A stretch of DNA of 64,000 nucleotides from an uncultured delta proteobacterium (GCA_963796055.1 CAWCKH010000005.1:160001-224000), one strand, 5' to 3'; positions 46,736 to 56,578 are shown, counted from the first letter of the stretch. Notes: generated by a model from the sequence alone, not told the origin. Made by a program: numbers and translations.

Positions 46736-47814
46736 GCCAGGGGCGCATCCTCCTCGTCGACGACAACGTCGACCTGGTCGACAACCTGGGTGAGATCCTC
46801 GAGGACGAGGGGTACAAGGTGCTGCGCGCCACGAGCTGCGCCACCGCCCGGGCCCGCGCCGCCGAGGGGTTCGACGTGGCGCTGGTGGATCTCCGGTTGC
46901 CGGACGGAGACGGCACCGAGCTCGCCGCCGAGCTGCACCAGACGGTCCACGGGGCCGAGGTGGTGCTCCTGACCGGATTCGCGAGCGTGGAGTCCGCGGC
47001 GGCGGCCATCCGCGCCGGCGCCTGCGCCTACCTGGTCAAGCCGTGCGCGGTGCCCGAGCTGCTGCTCACCGTGGGCCAGGCCCTCCGGCAGGTCCGGCTC
47101 CAGGCCGAGCGCGAGGAGCTGACCCGGCGCGCCCAGCTGGCGGAGAAGCTGGCCGCGGTGGGCCGGTTGACGGCCGGGCTCTCGCACGAGATCAGAAACC
47201 CGCTCAACGCTGCGGCGCTCCAGCTCTCGGTGCTCGAGCGGCGGGTCCGCAAGCTCCCCGAGAACGCTCAGTCTGCCCTGCTCGAGCCGCTGGTCCTGGT
47301 CCGCGACGAGATCCGACGGCTGGACCAGACGCTCCAGGACTTCCTCCTCTTCTCCCGTCCGCGGGAGCTGGTGCGCCGGCCGGTCTCGCTCGAGGGGCTG
47401 CTTCGCAAGGTTGCCGATCTCCTGTCGGGCGACGCCGAGGCTCGCCTGGTGCAGCTGGCGGTGGACGTGGCGCCCGGCACCCCGGCGGCCGCCGCGGATG
47501 AAGGTGTCCTCCGGCAGGTGCTGCTGAATCTGATCCTCAACGCGCTGGACGTGAGCCCGCGTGGCGGTCGGGTCCTGCTGCAGGGGCGCGGGATGGAGGA
47601 CGGGGTGGAGCTGGTGGTCGCGGACGAGGGTCCGGGCATCCCGCCGGAGGTCCGCGACCGGCTGTTCGAGCCGTTCTTCACCACCAAGCCCAATGGGACT
47701 GGGCTCGGGCTGGCCATCGTGCACAGCCTGGTGGACCAGCACGGTGGTCGGGTGTGGGTCGACCGGGCGGCCTCGAACGGAGCGGCGTTTCACATCCGGC
47801 TTCCGCGGGCCTGA
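46732..47814 (+). CDS. Receiver-histidine kinase hybrid (NmpS-like)
   Basis: LVDDN, VDLRLPD, SHEIRNPL, NLILNA and GTGLGL. Confidence 0.88.
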   Translation: MSQGRILLVDDNVDLVDNLGEILEDEGYKVLRATSCATARARAAEGFDVALVDLRLPDGDGTELAAELHQTVHGAEVVLLTGFASVESAAAAIRAGACAYLVKPCAVPELLLTVGQALRQVRLQAEREELTRRAQLAEKLAAVGRLTAGLSHEIRNPLNAAALQLSVLERRVRKLPENAQSALLEPLVLVRDEIRRLDQTLQDFLLFSRPRELVRRPVSLEGLLRKVADLLSGDAEARLVQLAVDVAPGTPAAAADEGVLRQVLLNLILNALDVSPRGGRVLLQGRGMEDGVELVVADEGPGIPPEVRDRLFEPFFTTKPNGTGLGLAIVHSLVDQHGGRVWVDRAASNGAAFHIRLPRA

Positions 47815-47826
47815 GCGACGCGCCTG

Positions 47827-47930
47827 CCGCAACCCTTGCGCGCCCGCGACCGCTGACCGCAGACCCTGCACCCGAAAGGGCAGTGCGGGAACCGGATCAG
47901 AGTGAAGACCCCCGTCGGCGCGACCATTGC
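47827..47930 (+). promoter_or_regulatory. Two CCGCA-N5-TGC(G/A)C sites and a sigma-54 promoter
   Basis: CCGCA-ACCCT-TGCGC (47827), CCGCA-GACCC-TGCAC (47857) and CGGCGCGACCATTGC (47916-47930). Confidence 0.65.
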
Positions 47931-47947
47931 TGACGTCCCGATCGACG

Positions 47948-48214
47948 ATGGGACTCACACCGGCGGAGACGCGGGCGCGGAACCGCTTGCTAATGCGGCG
48001 AGCGGTTCTGGCCCGAGCAGGGCAGAACCGAACCGAGGATCCCGAGGCGGAGCTGAACCGGATCGAGGCGGCCCTCCGGCGCATCGAGGAGGGCCGCTAC
48101 GGGATCTGCGACGACTGCGGCGCAGCGATCGGAGCCCAGGTTCTCCTCACCAATCCGGCCTCTCCGCTCTGCGCGGCCTGCGCATCGCGCCCCGACCGGC
48201 ACCACGGCGCCTGA
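47948..48214 (+). CDS. TraR/DksA C4 zinc-finger protein
   Basis: IEAALRRIEEGRYGICDDCG..I.......P...LCAAC. Confidence 0.8.
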   Translation: MGLTPAETRARNRLLMRRAVLARAGQNRTEDPEAELNRIEAALRRIEEGRYGICDDCGAAIGAQVLLTNPASPLCAACASRPDRHHGA

Positions 48215-48287
48215 GGGGCCGCCGATTGGCCAGGACTTGACGCATCGCGACCTCGGCGTGTGTGCTCTCCGTGGGGGCTGCCCTCGC

Positions 48288-48302
48288 GGGCGCGCCCGAT
48301 GC
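48288..48302 (+). promoter_or_regulatory. Possible sigma-54 promoter of the USP gene
   Basis: GGGCGCGCCCGATGC(A). Confidence 0.4.
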
Positions 48303-48327
48303 AAGATTCCGCCAGGGGAGGAGCGCC

Positions 48328-48765
48328 ATGTACAAGCACATCCTGGTCCCGACCGATGGCTCCGAGCTCTCCGACCGCGCCGTGGGTGAGGCGGTCACCT
48401 TCGCCAAATCGCTCGGGGCCCGGATGACCGCGGTCATCGTGTCGCCGCCCTTCCACCTGACGGGTTACGACCCCTTTCTCATCACCGTGACGCCGACACA
48501 GTACGAGCGCGCGCACGAGAGCCGCGCCCGCGAGGTGCTGGGCGACGCGCGGTCCAAGGCCGCCTCGGCGGGCGTGCCCTGCGAGGTGGTCTCGGTGGTG
48601 AGCGACGCGCCCTGGCAGGCGATCATCGAGACAGCGCAGCGAATGGGCTGTGACCTGGTCTTCATGGCCTCGCACGGGCGGCGGGGCGTGGCGGGGATGC
48701 TGCTGGGCAGCGAGACCCAGCGGGTGCTCACCCACTGCAAGGTGCCGGTGCTGGTCTACCGCTGA
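48328..48765 (+). CDS. Universal stress protein (UspA family)
   Basis: MYKHILVPTDGS, DLVFMASHGRRG and LLGSETQRVL. Confidence 0.93.
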   Translation: MYKHILVPTDGSELSDRAVGEAVTFAKSLGARMTAVIVSPPFHLTGYDPFLITVTPTQYERAHESRAREVLGDARSKAASAGVPCEVVSVVSDAPWQAIIETAQRMGCDLVFMASHGRRGVAGMLLGSETQRVLTHCKVPVLVYR

Positions 48766-49979
48766 GCGCCGGGGCCGCTCCGGCGCGCTGCCCGCAGGAA
48801 GAGCGGGGCCGCCACGAGCTGGGCGACCACCGCGAGGACGACCATCGCCGGCCGTGAGCGATCATAGAGCCAGCCCATCGTCGCGCTCCCCACGAACCAG
48901 GCGACCCCGAACACCGCGAAGAAGACGCCGTACGCCCTCCCTCGCTCGGCCTGCGGGACGAAGCGCGCCACCGCCGCCTTGTAGACGGACTCCTGGGCGC
49001 CCATCGCCACCGCCCACAGTGCGGCGCCGGCGAGCAGGGCGCTGGCCGAGCCTCCCAGGAACACCAGCGGGGCGGCGCCCGCGCCGACGACGCAGGACAG
49101 CGCCAGCACCCCGGGCCCGCGCCGGTCGAAGGCGTGGCCGAAGGCGAGTGCAGCGACCGCATCCACCGCCATGGCCCCGGCATAGAGCAGCGGCACCAGG
49201 CCCAGCGCGACCAGCCCCGAGCGACCGGCGTGGAAGGCGATCAGCGCCCAGTCTGCGAAGCCGAGGCCCACCAGGGAGGCCGCGGCCACGTGCAACCGGA
49301 AGGAGGCGCCGAGCGGGGCGGCGACGGGCGGAGCGGGTGGCTCCAGCTCCTCGGGAGCGGGGAAGGCGCGCCGCGCTCGGAGCACGAGCAGGAGGGTGAT
49401 CAGCGCCGGGACTCCGAGGATCAGGAAGGCGAAGCGGTACCCCCCGAGGGGGTTGTCCGCCGGACGTGCCGCGATGGCGAGGGTGGTGAGCAGCGGGCCG
49501 GCCACCGCGCCGACCTGGTCCAGCGCCTCCTCCAGGCCGAAGCTCCTCCCCTCGCCGGCCCGTCGCGCGGCGTGGGACACCAGGGTGCTCCGCGCCGGCG
49601 AACGGATGGCCTTCCCCACCCGCTCGGCGATGACCAGCACCACTGCCATCTCCCAGCTGCTCACCAGGGCCAGGCCGGGGACGACGATCAGGTTGAACGC
49701 GTAGCCGAGGATGGTCAGGGGCCAGTGCGCCCGGGTCCGGTCGGCGACCCAGCCGGTGAGGAGGCGCAAGGTGTATCCGGCCAGCTCGCCGGCGCCGGCG
49801 GCGATGCCCACCGCGGCCGCCGAGGCGCCGAGCAGCCCGAGGTAGGGGCCCACCAGGCCGCGCGCGCCCTCGTAGGTCATGTCGCCGAAGAGCGCGACCA
49901 CGCCCATGGTGACGACGAAGCTCCGCGCGCGCCGCACCAGGTCGGCGTCGGTTCGAACGGGCCCGGCGTCGGCAGCCAT
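48756..49979 (-). CDS. MFS transporter
   Basis: GDMTYEGARG, ERVGKAIRSPAR, DQ.GA..GP and R.RG.AYG.F; about 12 TM segments. Confidence 0.88.
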   Translation of the reverse strand: MAADAGPVRTDADLVRRARSFVVTMGVVALFGDMTYEGARGLVGPYLGLLGASAAAVGIAAGAGELAGYTLRLLTGWVADRTRAHWPLTILGYAFNLIVVPGLALVSSWEMAVVLVIAERVGKAIRSPARSTLVSHAARRAGEGRSFGLEEALDQVGAVAGPLLTTLAIAARPADNPLGGYRFAFLILGVPALITLLLVLRARRAFPAPEELEPPAPPVAAPLGASFRLHVAAASLVGLGFADWALIAFHAGRSGLVALGLVPLLYAGAMAVDAVAALAFGHAFDRRGPGVLALSCVVGAGAAPLVFLGGSASALLAGAALWAVAMGAQESVYKAAVARFVPQAERGRAYGVFFAVFGVAWFVGSATMGWLYDRSRPAMVVLAVVAQLVAAPLFLRAARRSGPGAQR

Positions 49980-49985
49980 CGGCCT

Positions 49986-50780
49986 CTACACGATGGCGCG
50001 GACCACGCCGCCGTCCACCCGGAGCGCGGCGCCGTTCACCGCCGAGGCCGGGCCGCTGGCGACGAAGACCGCGAGCGCGGCCACCTCCTCCGGCGTCGCG
50101 AAGCGCTGGAGCAGCGAGGTGGGGCGGGCGGTGGAGAAGAACTCACGCTCCACCTGCGCCGCTGACACACCCTGCTGCGCGGCGAGCCCCTCCACGAAGC
50201 CCTCGACGCCCTCGCTCCGGGTGGGTCCGGCGAGGATGGCGTTCACCGTCACCCGGGTGCCGCGGGTGGTCTCGGCGAGCCCGCGCGCCACCGCCAGCTG
50301 CGCGGTCTTGGTGGTGCCGTAGTGGATCATCTCCACCGGGATCTGCAGCGCGCTCTCGCTGGAGATGAAGAGGATGCGCCCCCAGTTGCGGGCCTTCATT
50401 CCCGGCAGGTAGGCCCGGGCGAGCCGCACGCCGCTCAGCACGTTCACCTCGAAGAAGCGCGACCACTCGGCGTCGGGGATGTCCTGGAACGGGACCGCGG
50501 CGAAGATGCCGAGGTTGTTCACCAGCACGTCCACCTCGGGCAGCTGGCGCACCACCAGCGCGCAGCCCTCGGTGGTCCCGAGGTCGGCAGCGATCCCGCG
50601 CACCCGCGCTCCCGGGTGGCGGGCGCGGACCTGGGCCATGGCCGCCTGCACCCGGGCCTCGGTGCGGCCATTGAGCACCACCTCGGCGCCCTCGGCCGCG
50701 AGCCCGGCGGCGATGGCCCAGCCGATGCCTGCGGTGGAGCCACTCACCAGAGCGCGCTTCCCATCCAGCTCGAGCTTCAT
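49986..50780 (-). CDS. SDR family oxidoreductase
   Basis: SGSTAGIG, VNNLGI, ISSES and YGTTK. Confidence 0.92.
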   Translation of the reverse strand: MKLELDGKRALVSGSTAGIGWAIAAGLAAEGAEVVLNGRTEARVQAAMAQVRARHPGARVRGIAADLGTTEGCALVVRQLPEVDVLVNNLGIFAAVPFQDIPDAEWSRFFEVNVLSGVRLARAYLPGMKARNWGRILFISSESALQIPVEMIHYGTTKTAQLAVARGLAETTRGTRVTVNAILAGPTRSEGVEGFVEGLAAQQGVSAAQVEREFFSTARPTSLLQRFATPEEVAALAVFVASGPASAVNGAALRVDGGVVRAIV

Positions 50781-50794
50781 GGCCGCCGTTGCTA

Positions 50795-52282
50795 TCAGCG
50801 CGGCGCCTCAGCGTCGAACGCGGCGGCGAAGGTTCCGTACTCCTGGCCCAGAGCTCGCCCGAACGCGACCGCGAACGGTGCACCCTTCGACACCTCGGCC
50901 AGGAGTGAGCGAACTCCCCGCTCGCCATGCCGCTCGATGACCCGCTCCACCGCGTGCCGAGCCTCGAGGTAGGCGTACCAGGCGGCATGGCGACCCAGGG
51001 CCTGGAAGCTTCCCTCGAGGGACCGAAGCGGGAAGCTGTGGGCGTCCAGCCGGCAGAGGACCGCCGGGCCATTGTCGGCCCGACGCCGCGCCACCTCGGC
51101 GAAGCCCTCGTTCAACCAGGCGGGCACGCTCTTGCCGCCGGTGGCCCGGTGAAGGAGCGCGTGGGCGTACTCGTGGAAGAGCGTCCCCTTGAAGGCGAGC
51201 GAGTGCACATCCGCGCCGGCGGCGGGAAGGCGGATCTTCCCGTCGTAGACAGCGGCCGACCACGCGGCGTGGCCCTCCTTGTCGAAGGACCGCTCGGGGT
51301 AGAGGACGATCGGGATGGGGCCGTCCGGGTACAGCTCGAAGAGACCGCCGACGTCGCGATAGGCGGCCTCCATGATCTCCAGGCTGGCCCGGGCCGCGGG
51401 GACGTCCGCCCGGCCGTCGAAGGCGATGACGAAGTGCTCGGACGAGACCCGCTCCAGGCCGCCCAGCCGCTGCGACTCGGCGCGGCCACGCTCCAGCCGC
51501 CGCGTGAGCGCCGGGTCGCCCGGGGTGACGCGGAGCCCGCGCTCCCAGGTGTCGATGGCCCCGGACAGGTCGTTGTCCTGGAACTGGTACTCGCCGAGCG
51601 CGAGGTAGGCCTCGGGGGTGGCCTCGTCGAGGGCGAGCGCGGCACGCGCCTGCAGCCGGGACCGCTCGGGCTGGCCGGCCTTCGCCGAGGCGAGGGCGAC
51701 AGTGGCCAGCGCCCGCGCGACCGCGGAGCGGGCGGCCGACTCGGAGGTGGGCAGTTCCTGCAGTCGCGGCAGCAGCGGCTCCACCTTGGCCAGCGCGCCG
51801 GCCCGCGCCCGGTTCCGGACGGCGACGGCGACCTGCTCGAGCGCCGGCTCCGCGGCCGCCGAGTGCGCGCGGTACAGCGCATGGACCTGCTCCAGCGCCG
51901 CAGCCAGGTCGTCCTCGGCCAGGAGAGCGGCCACCGGCGCGAGCTCCCCGCGCGCCGACGGTGGGACGCCCGCGCTGGTCGCCGAGCCGACGGCCGCAGA
52001 GAGACCGCCCGCGTCGGGGAGGAAGTCCGCGACCTGGCGGCCGGCATCTGTCCGCCCACGAGCGGCGCGGGCCTCCTCGTCGGCGCGGCGCTTGGCATCG
52101 GCGAGCCGCGCCATGCTGGCGGCGAACACCTCGTCGTCGGTGAGCCCCGCGTCGGATGACTCCGATGGCCCGGCGACCGGCGCGGGAGCCGGAGGAGGCG
52201 CCGCGGCGGGACGACGGAGCACGACCACCGCCACCGCACCGGCGGTCACCAGCACCGGGACGAGGAGGAGCGACCAGCGCAC
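50795..52282 (-). CDS. Membrane-anchored TPR + peptidase MA-like metallopeptidase
   Basis: N-terminal TM, TPR, YDGKIR, HEYAH (HExxH) and P.WLNEG.AE. Confidence 0.8.
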   Translation of the reverse strand: MRWSLLLVPVLVTAGAVAVVVLRRPAAAPPPAPAPVAGPSESSDAGLTDDEVFAASMARLADAKRRADEEARAARGRTDAGRQVADFLPDAGGLSAAVGSATSAGVPPSARGELAPVAALLAEDDLAAALEQVHALYRAHSAAAEPALEQVAVAVRNRARAGALAKVEPLLPRLQELPTSESAARSAVARALATVALASAKAGQPERSRLQARAALALDEATPEAYLALGEYQFQDNDLSGAIDTWERGLRVTPGDPALTRRLERGRAESQRLGGLERVSSEHFVIAFDGRADVPAARASLEIMEAAYRDVGGLFELYPDGPIPIVLYPERSFDKEGHAAWSAAVYDGKIRLPAAGADVHSLAFKGTLFHEYAHALLHRATGGKSVPAWLNEGFAEVARRRADNGPAVLCRLDAHSFPLRSLEGSFQALGRHAAWYAYLEARHAVERVIERHGERGVRSLLAEVSKGAPFAVAFGRALGQEYGTFAAAFDAEAPR

Positions 52283-52426
52283 GAAGGGTTCTCCAGTTTG
52301 CCCGAGGGCCGAGCCAGCCGCACCGGGCGCTGCCGGACGCACACCTGCCGCTTCCGGATTGCGCTGCTGCGGAGGAGTGACCCCCACAGCTGTGGCGCCC
52401 GGGTCCGGCCGCGCGCTCCGGTCGCT

Positions 52427-52516
52427 GCGCACGGATTGCGCGCCAGGGCCGATGTGCTCGCCCCGGTTCAGCGTGCGCCGCGGCCCGTGCGCGCCTGACG
52501 CTGGTACGTCGATTGC
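52427..52516 (+). promoter_or_regulatory. GCGCA-N5-TGCGC site and sigma-54 promoter of the molybdo-enzyme operon
   Basis: GCGCA-CGGAT-TGCGC (52427-52441) and TGGTACGTCGATTGC (52502-52516). Confidence 0.75.
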
Positions 52517-52608
52517 GATGCCCTCGCTCGATCGGCGGCAGCCAGAGACGTCCGTTGACCCACCTTGGATCACCCGAAGTCAGTGCGGCGGCGCGGCGTG
52601 CGCGGGGG

Positions 52609-53445
52609 GTGCTCCAGCCCTGGGACGTGACGCCTCGGGGAGCTCGCGCCTACCAGCGGATACGCCGGGCGGTGCTGGCAGTGAGCGTGCTGACGGTGGT
52701 GGGCACGCCGTTTCTCGCCGCGCGCTTCGCGGATCGGACCTGGCCCGCGGGCATCTTCGTCGGCGCCACCGGCGCGGCACGGGCGCTCGGCGTGGAGCTC
52801 CTGGACCCGCTGATGTCCGCGGGCGTGGTGCTCGCCGGTGGGGCCCGGCCGGGGCTCCTGGCCGCGGTCCTGCCCGTCTTGCTGCTGGTGGTGGTGCTGG
52901 GGCGCTTCTTCTGCGGCTGGCTCTGTCCCTACCTTCCGCTTCTCACCCTGAGCAACGCGGTCCGCTGGGGCCTCGGACGGCTGGGCATCCCGACCTTGGA
53001 CCTGCGGCTGCCCGGGTGGGTGCGCTTCGCGGTGCTCGGTGGAGTGCTGGGCGGCACGGCGGCGCTCGGGGTCCAGCTCGCGGTGCTGGTGTACCCGCCA
53101 GCCCTGCTCGCCCGGAGCGCGTACCGGCTTGCCTTCGGGCTCGGGCTCGGCAGCGGTGCGGCGATCCTGGCCGGGGTGTGGCTCTTCGACACCACGGTGT
53201 CGCGGGCCGGCTTCTGTCGCTCGCTCTGCCCCGGCGGGGCGCTGTTCTCGCTGCTCGGAGCGCGTTCGCCCGTCGGCGTCCACCGCGTGGCGAGCCGGTG
53301 CACCGGCTGCACCGTCTGTGACGTGGTGTGCAATCTCGGGCAGCAACCGATGAGCGACGGGGCTGGCCCGGGCTGCGAGCGGTGCGGGCGGTGCGTCGCC
53401 TCCTGCCCCACGGAAGCGCTCTCCCTCGGGGGGAAGCGGCCATGA
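52609..53445 (+). CDS. NapH/MauN-like membrane polyferredoxin
   Basis: GRFFCGWLCP, FCRSLCPGG, CTGCTVCDVVC and CERCGRCVASCP; TM helices. Start uncertain. Confidence 0.85.
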   Translation: MLQPWDVTPRGARAYQRIRRAVLAVSVLTVVGTPFLAARFADRTWPAGIFVGATGAARALGVELLDPLMSAGVVLAGGARPGLLAAVLPVLLLVVVLGRFFCGWLCPYLPLLTLSNAVRWGLGRLGIPTLDLRLPGWVRFAVLGGVLGGTAALGVQLAVLVYPPALLARSAYRLAFGLGLGSGAAILAGVWLFDTTVSRAGFCRSLCPGGALFSLLGARSPVGVHRVASRCTGCTVCDVVCNLGQQPMSDGAGPGCERCGRCVASCPTEALSLGGKRP

Positions 53446-54011
53446 ACCGCCGGGGCGTGCTCGCGCTCGCGGCCGGCGCGGTGTCCGGCCTGCTGGTCCG
53501 ACGTCCCCACGCCGCGGCGGCCGAGCTGCGCCCGCCAGGAGCCCTGCCTCCCGGTGCGTTCGAGCGGGCGTGCATCGGCTGCTTCCGCTGCGCCGAGGTG
53601 TGTCACACGCGGGCGATCCGCTTTCCGTCCGGTGCGGGGCTCGACGCAGGGCATCCCTTCCTCGCGCTGCGCGAATCACCCTGTGTGCTCTGCATGGCCT
53701 GCACCGGGGTGTGCCCGACCGGCGCCCTGGCTCGCATCGAGCCGATTCCGGCGCGGGTGGCGACCGAGGTCCACATCGGTGTTCCGGTGCTCGACCGAAA
53801 GTCCTGCCTCCCCTGGAGCGGCCAGGGCGTGTGCCGGCTCTGTGCCTACGTCTGTCCGCTGGGCACCCGGGCGGTGGAGCTGGTCGGCCCGCAGCAGGCG
53901 CCGCTCTTCCACGCCGAGGGCTGCGTCGGCTGCGGGCTGTGCGAGGAGGCCTGTCCCGAGGAGGCCCGGGCGATCCGCATCGCCGCACCGGCGCAGGCGG
54001 GTGGCGCATGA
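53442..54011 (+). CDS. NapG/MauM-like periplasmic ferredoxin (4 x 4Fe-4S)
   Basis: Tat-like NRRGVL, LRPPGA, CIGCFRCAEVC, CVLC..C..VCPTGAL, CRLC..VCP and CVGCGLCEEACP. Confidence 0.88.
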   Translation: MNRRGVLALAAGAVSGLLVRRPHAAAAELRPPGALPPGAFERACIGCFRCAEVCHTRAIRFPSGAGLDAGHPFLALRESPCVLCMACTGVCPTGALARIEPIPARVATEVHIGVPVLDRKSCLPWSGQGVCRLCAYVCPLGTRAVELVGPQQAPLFHAEGCVGCGLCEEACPEEARAIRIAAPAQAGGA

Positions 54012-56101
54012 GCCGGCGCCGCCGACTCTCGCGCCGGGACCTGCTCCGCGCAGCGCCCATCGCCGGTGCGGGCGTGGCGGCGGTGGCCACCGCGGTGGTG
54101 GCACGCGCGCCGCCGCCGACGCGGGTGCGGCGAGGCGAATGCCACTTTTGCCTGCTCCACTGCGACCTTGCGGCCCGGGCGTCCGGGAGCACGCTCCTCC
54201 GCGTGGATGGAGATCCGGCCGGCGAGAGCCGCGGTTTCCTCTGTCACCACGGGCACGCGCTGCCCTCGGTGGTGCACTCCCCGGAGCGTGTTCGCCGCCC
54301 GCTGGTACGCCACGGGGACCGGCTGGTGGAGACGTCCTGGGACGGAGCGCTGGGGCTCATCGGTGAGCGGATGGCCGCGGTGCGGGCGCGCTTCGGTCCC
54401 GAGGCGGTCGCCTTCCAGACCGGGTGGCCGCTCGTCCGCCACCCGCTGATGGACTGGATCCACCGGCTGGCCCGGGCGTGGGGAACGCCGAACGTGGTGT
54501 CGGTGGCGAGCCTCTGCGAGACCGCCGGCCGGATGGGCCAGGCGCTGACCGTGGGCAGCAAGTACCGGCACGACCTCCGCCGGACGCGAACCCTGGTGCT
54601 CTGGGGCGCAAACCCGACGCACAGCACGCCGCTGCTGGCGCACGTGGTGGCGCGCAAGGCGACGGAGGGTCGGCTGGTGGTGGTGGATCCGGTCCGTACC
54701 GAGCTGGCCGCGCTGGCGACGGAGCACCTCGCGGTGCGGCCGGGCACCGACGGCGCGCTCGCGCTGGGGCTGGTGCGGGTGCTGGTGCACGAGGGGCTGG
54801 TGGACAGGGCGTGGCTGGAGCGCGAGACGGTGGGCTTCGAGGCGCTCGCCGGGCTCGCCCGGGCGTACACTCCCGAGCGGGTCGCGGGCCTCACCGGCGT
54901 CCCGCCCGAGCAAGTGGTGCGCGCGGCGCGCTTGCTGGGGACCGAAACGCCGACCGGCATCTGGTCCGGCCTCGGGGTGGAGCACCACGAGAACGGAGTC
55001 CAGACGGTGCGGGCCATCGCCGCGCTCGAGGCGCTGTGTCGACGGAGCGGCGAGCCGGAGATCCGCCAGGACCTCACGCCGGTGGCGACGGCCGACGTCA
55101 CCGGCCCCCTGCCCGCGCTTCCTCGCTTTCACACCCCGGAGCCCGTGCCGCCGCCGGTCGAGGCAGTGCCGGTGGGCTCGGAGGAGCATCCGCTCTTCGA
55201 GATGTTCAACCGCGAGGCGCAGGGAACCCTGCTCGCCCGGGCCATCCTGGAAGACCGGCCGTACCCGGTGCGCGCGCTGGTGCTGGTGGCGTCCAACGCG
55301 CTGGTGACCTCACCGGGAAGCCCGGCGCTCTCGCGGGCGGCGGAGCGGCTCGAGCTGCTGGTGTCGGTGGACCCCTTCCTCACCGCGAGCGGCCGCCGCG
55401 CCCACGTGGTGCTTCCGGCCGCCACCTTCGCCGAGTCGGAGGGGGTGGCGCCGCTGCAGCACGAGGCCTGGCCGGACTGGAAGGTGGTGTTCGGGCTTGC
55501 CCGGGCGATGGGCCTCGGGGCCTGGTTCCCGTGGGGGACGTGGTCGGAGGCCGAGCGCGCGCCCCGCGTACCCGTGCCCGCCCCGCCGGAGCTGGCGCCT
55601 GGTCTGGAGCCCGGTTCCGGGCTGCCACGGGTGGGGACTCCATCAGGGCGGATCGAGCTCGCCTCGGGGCTGCTTGCGCGCGCCGGTCAACCTGCCCTGC
55701 CCGAGTGGACGCCGCCGTCGCTGCGTCCGTCGGCCGAGTTCCCGCTGATGCTGGTCACCGGCCCGCGGACCCGGGCGTACATCAACTCGCAGTTCCGGCA
55801 AGTGGCGCGCATCCGGCTGCTCGAGCCGGAGCCGCTGGTCCGGGTGCACCCCGAGGCGGCGCGCGCGGCTGGACTCGGGGACGGCGCCCGCGTTGCCATC
55901 GTCTCGCCGGTGGGGCGGGTGGAGATGCGGCTCGCGGTGACCACCGACGTGCGGCCGGACGTGGCGGTGATGCCCGCCGGCTGGGAAGAGGCGAACGCGA
56001 ACCTCCTCATCGATGGAAAACGGCTCGATCCGATCTCGGGGTTCCCGGCGTTCCGGTCGGGCGTGTGCCGGCTCGAGCCGGTGGTGGCGGTGCACGGCTG
56101 A
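54008..56101 (+). CDS. Tat-exported molybdopterin (DMSO reductase superfamily) oxidoreductase
   Basis: SRRDLL, FS0 motif CHFCLLHC..C, WGANP, VVDP..TE.A, RPGTDGALAL, HVVLPAA and VHP..A; C-terminal molydopterin-binding domain. Confidence 0.88.
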   Translation: MSRRRRLSRRDLLRAAPIAGAGVAAVATAVVARAPPPTRVRRGECHFCLLHCDLAARASGSTLLRVDGDPAGESRGFLCHHGHALPSVVHSPERVRRPLVRHGDRLVETSWDGALGLIGERMAAVRARFGPEAVAFQTGWPLVRHPLMDWIHRLARAWGTPNVVSVASLCETAGRMGQALTVGSKYRHDLRRTRTLVLWGANPTHSTPLLAHVVARKATEGRLVVVDPVRTELAALATEHLAVRPGTDGALALGLVRVLVHEGLVDRAWLERETVGFEALAGLARAYTPERVAGLTGVPPEQVVRAARLLGTETPTGIWSGLGVEHHENGVQTVRAIAALEALCRRSGEPEIRQDLTPVATADVTGPLPALPRFHTPEPVPPPVEAVPVGSEEHPLFEMFNREAQGTLLARAILEDRPYPVRALVLVASNALVTSPGSPALSRAAERLELLVSVDPFLTASGRRAHVVLPAATFAESEGVAPLQHEAWPDWKVVFGLARAMGLGAWFPWGTWSEAERAPRVPVPAPPELAPGLEPGSGLPRVGTPSGRIELASGLLARAGQPALPEWTPPSLRPSAEFPLMLVTGPRTRAYINSQFRQVARIRLLEPEPLVRVHPEAARAAGLGDGARVAIVSPVGRVEMRLAVTTDVRPDVAVMPAGWEEANANLLIDGKRLDPISGFPAFRSGVCRLEPVVAVHG

Positions 56102-56578
56102 CTTCGGGTACCCGCGTGGGCAGCGACCTCGCGGTGCGGGACGCACTGGTGCGACGCATTGGCCCAGGGCGGAAGCCGGGCTCGATGCTCACGATCGCAT
56201 CCGGGCGTCCGGACGGCCTGCGCGCCTTCCGAGCGCTCAGGGAAAGCACGGGGATGGACGCCGGAGTCTGGAGGCGACTGGTCCGCCGCCGGCGTCTGCT
56301 GCCCGACCGGTTCGGTATCTGGAACACGCTTCCAGGCACAAAATCGGTCGCCCGACGGCCGGCAGCTTCCGGGCCCCGCGCTCACCCACTCGCTGCGGAC
56401 CCCGCGGGCCACTCGCTTCGGCGGCCCTCGCACCGGGGTTGCCGGCGTCCCCTCGGGGCGATCCCTCGCGGTGCGATGCAGCCCCAACGCCGGGACCCGA
56501 GCTCAACGGACAAAGCCCGCCCGGTCTCCCGGCGCCGCCCCGTCGACGCCTCGCCCGCAGAGGGCGACAGACGCGCCG

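Noticed and set aside
54008..56101. Periplasmic nitrate reductase NapA
   Set aside because: Shorter than typical NapA, the sequence around the Mo ligand differs, and napB/napD are absent
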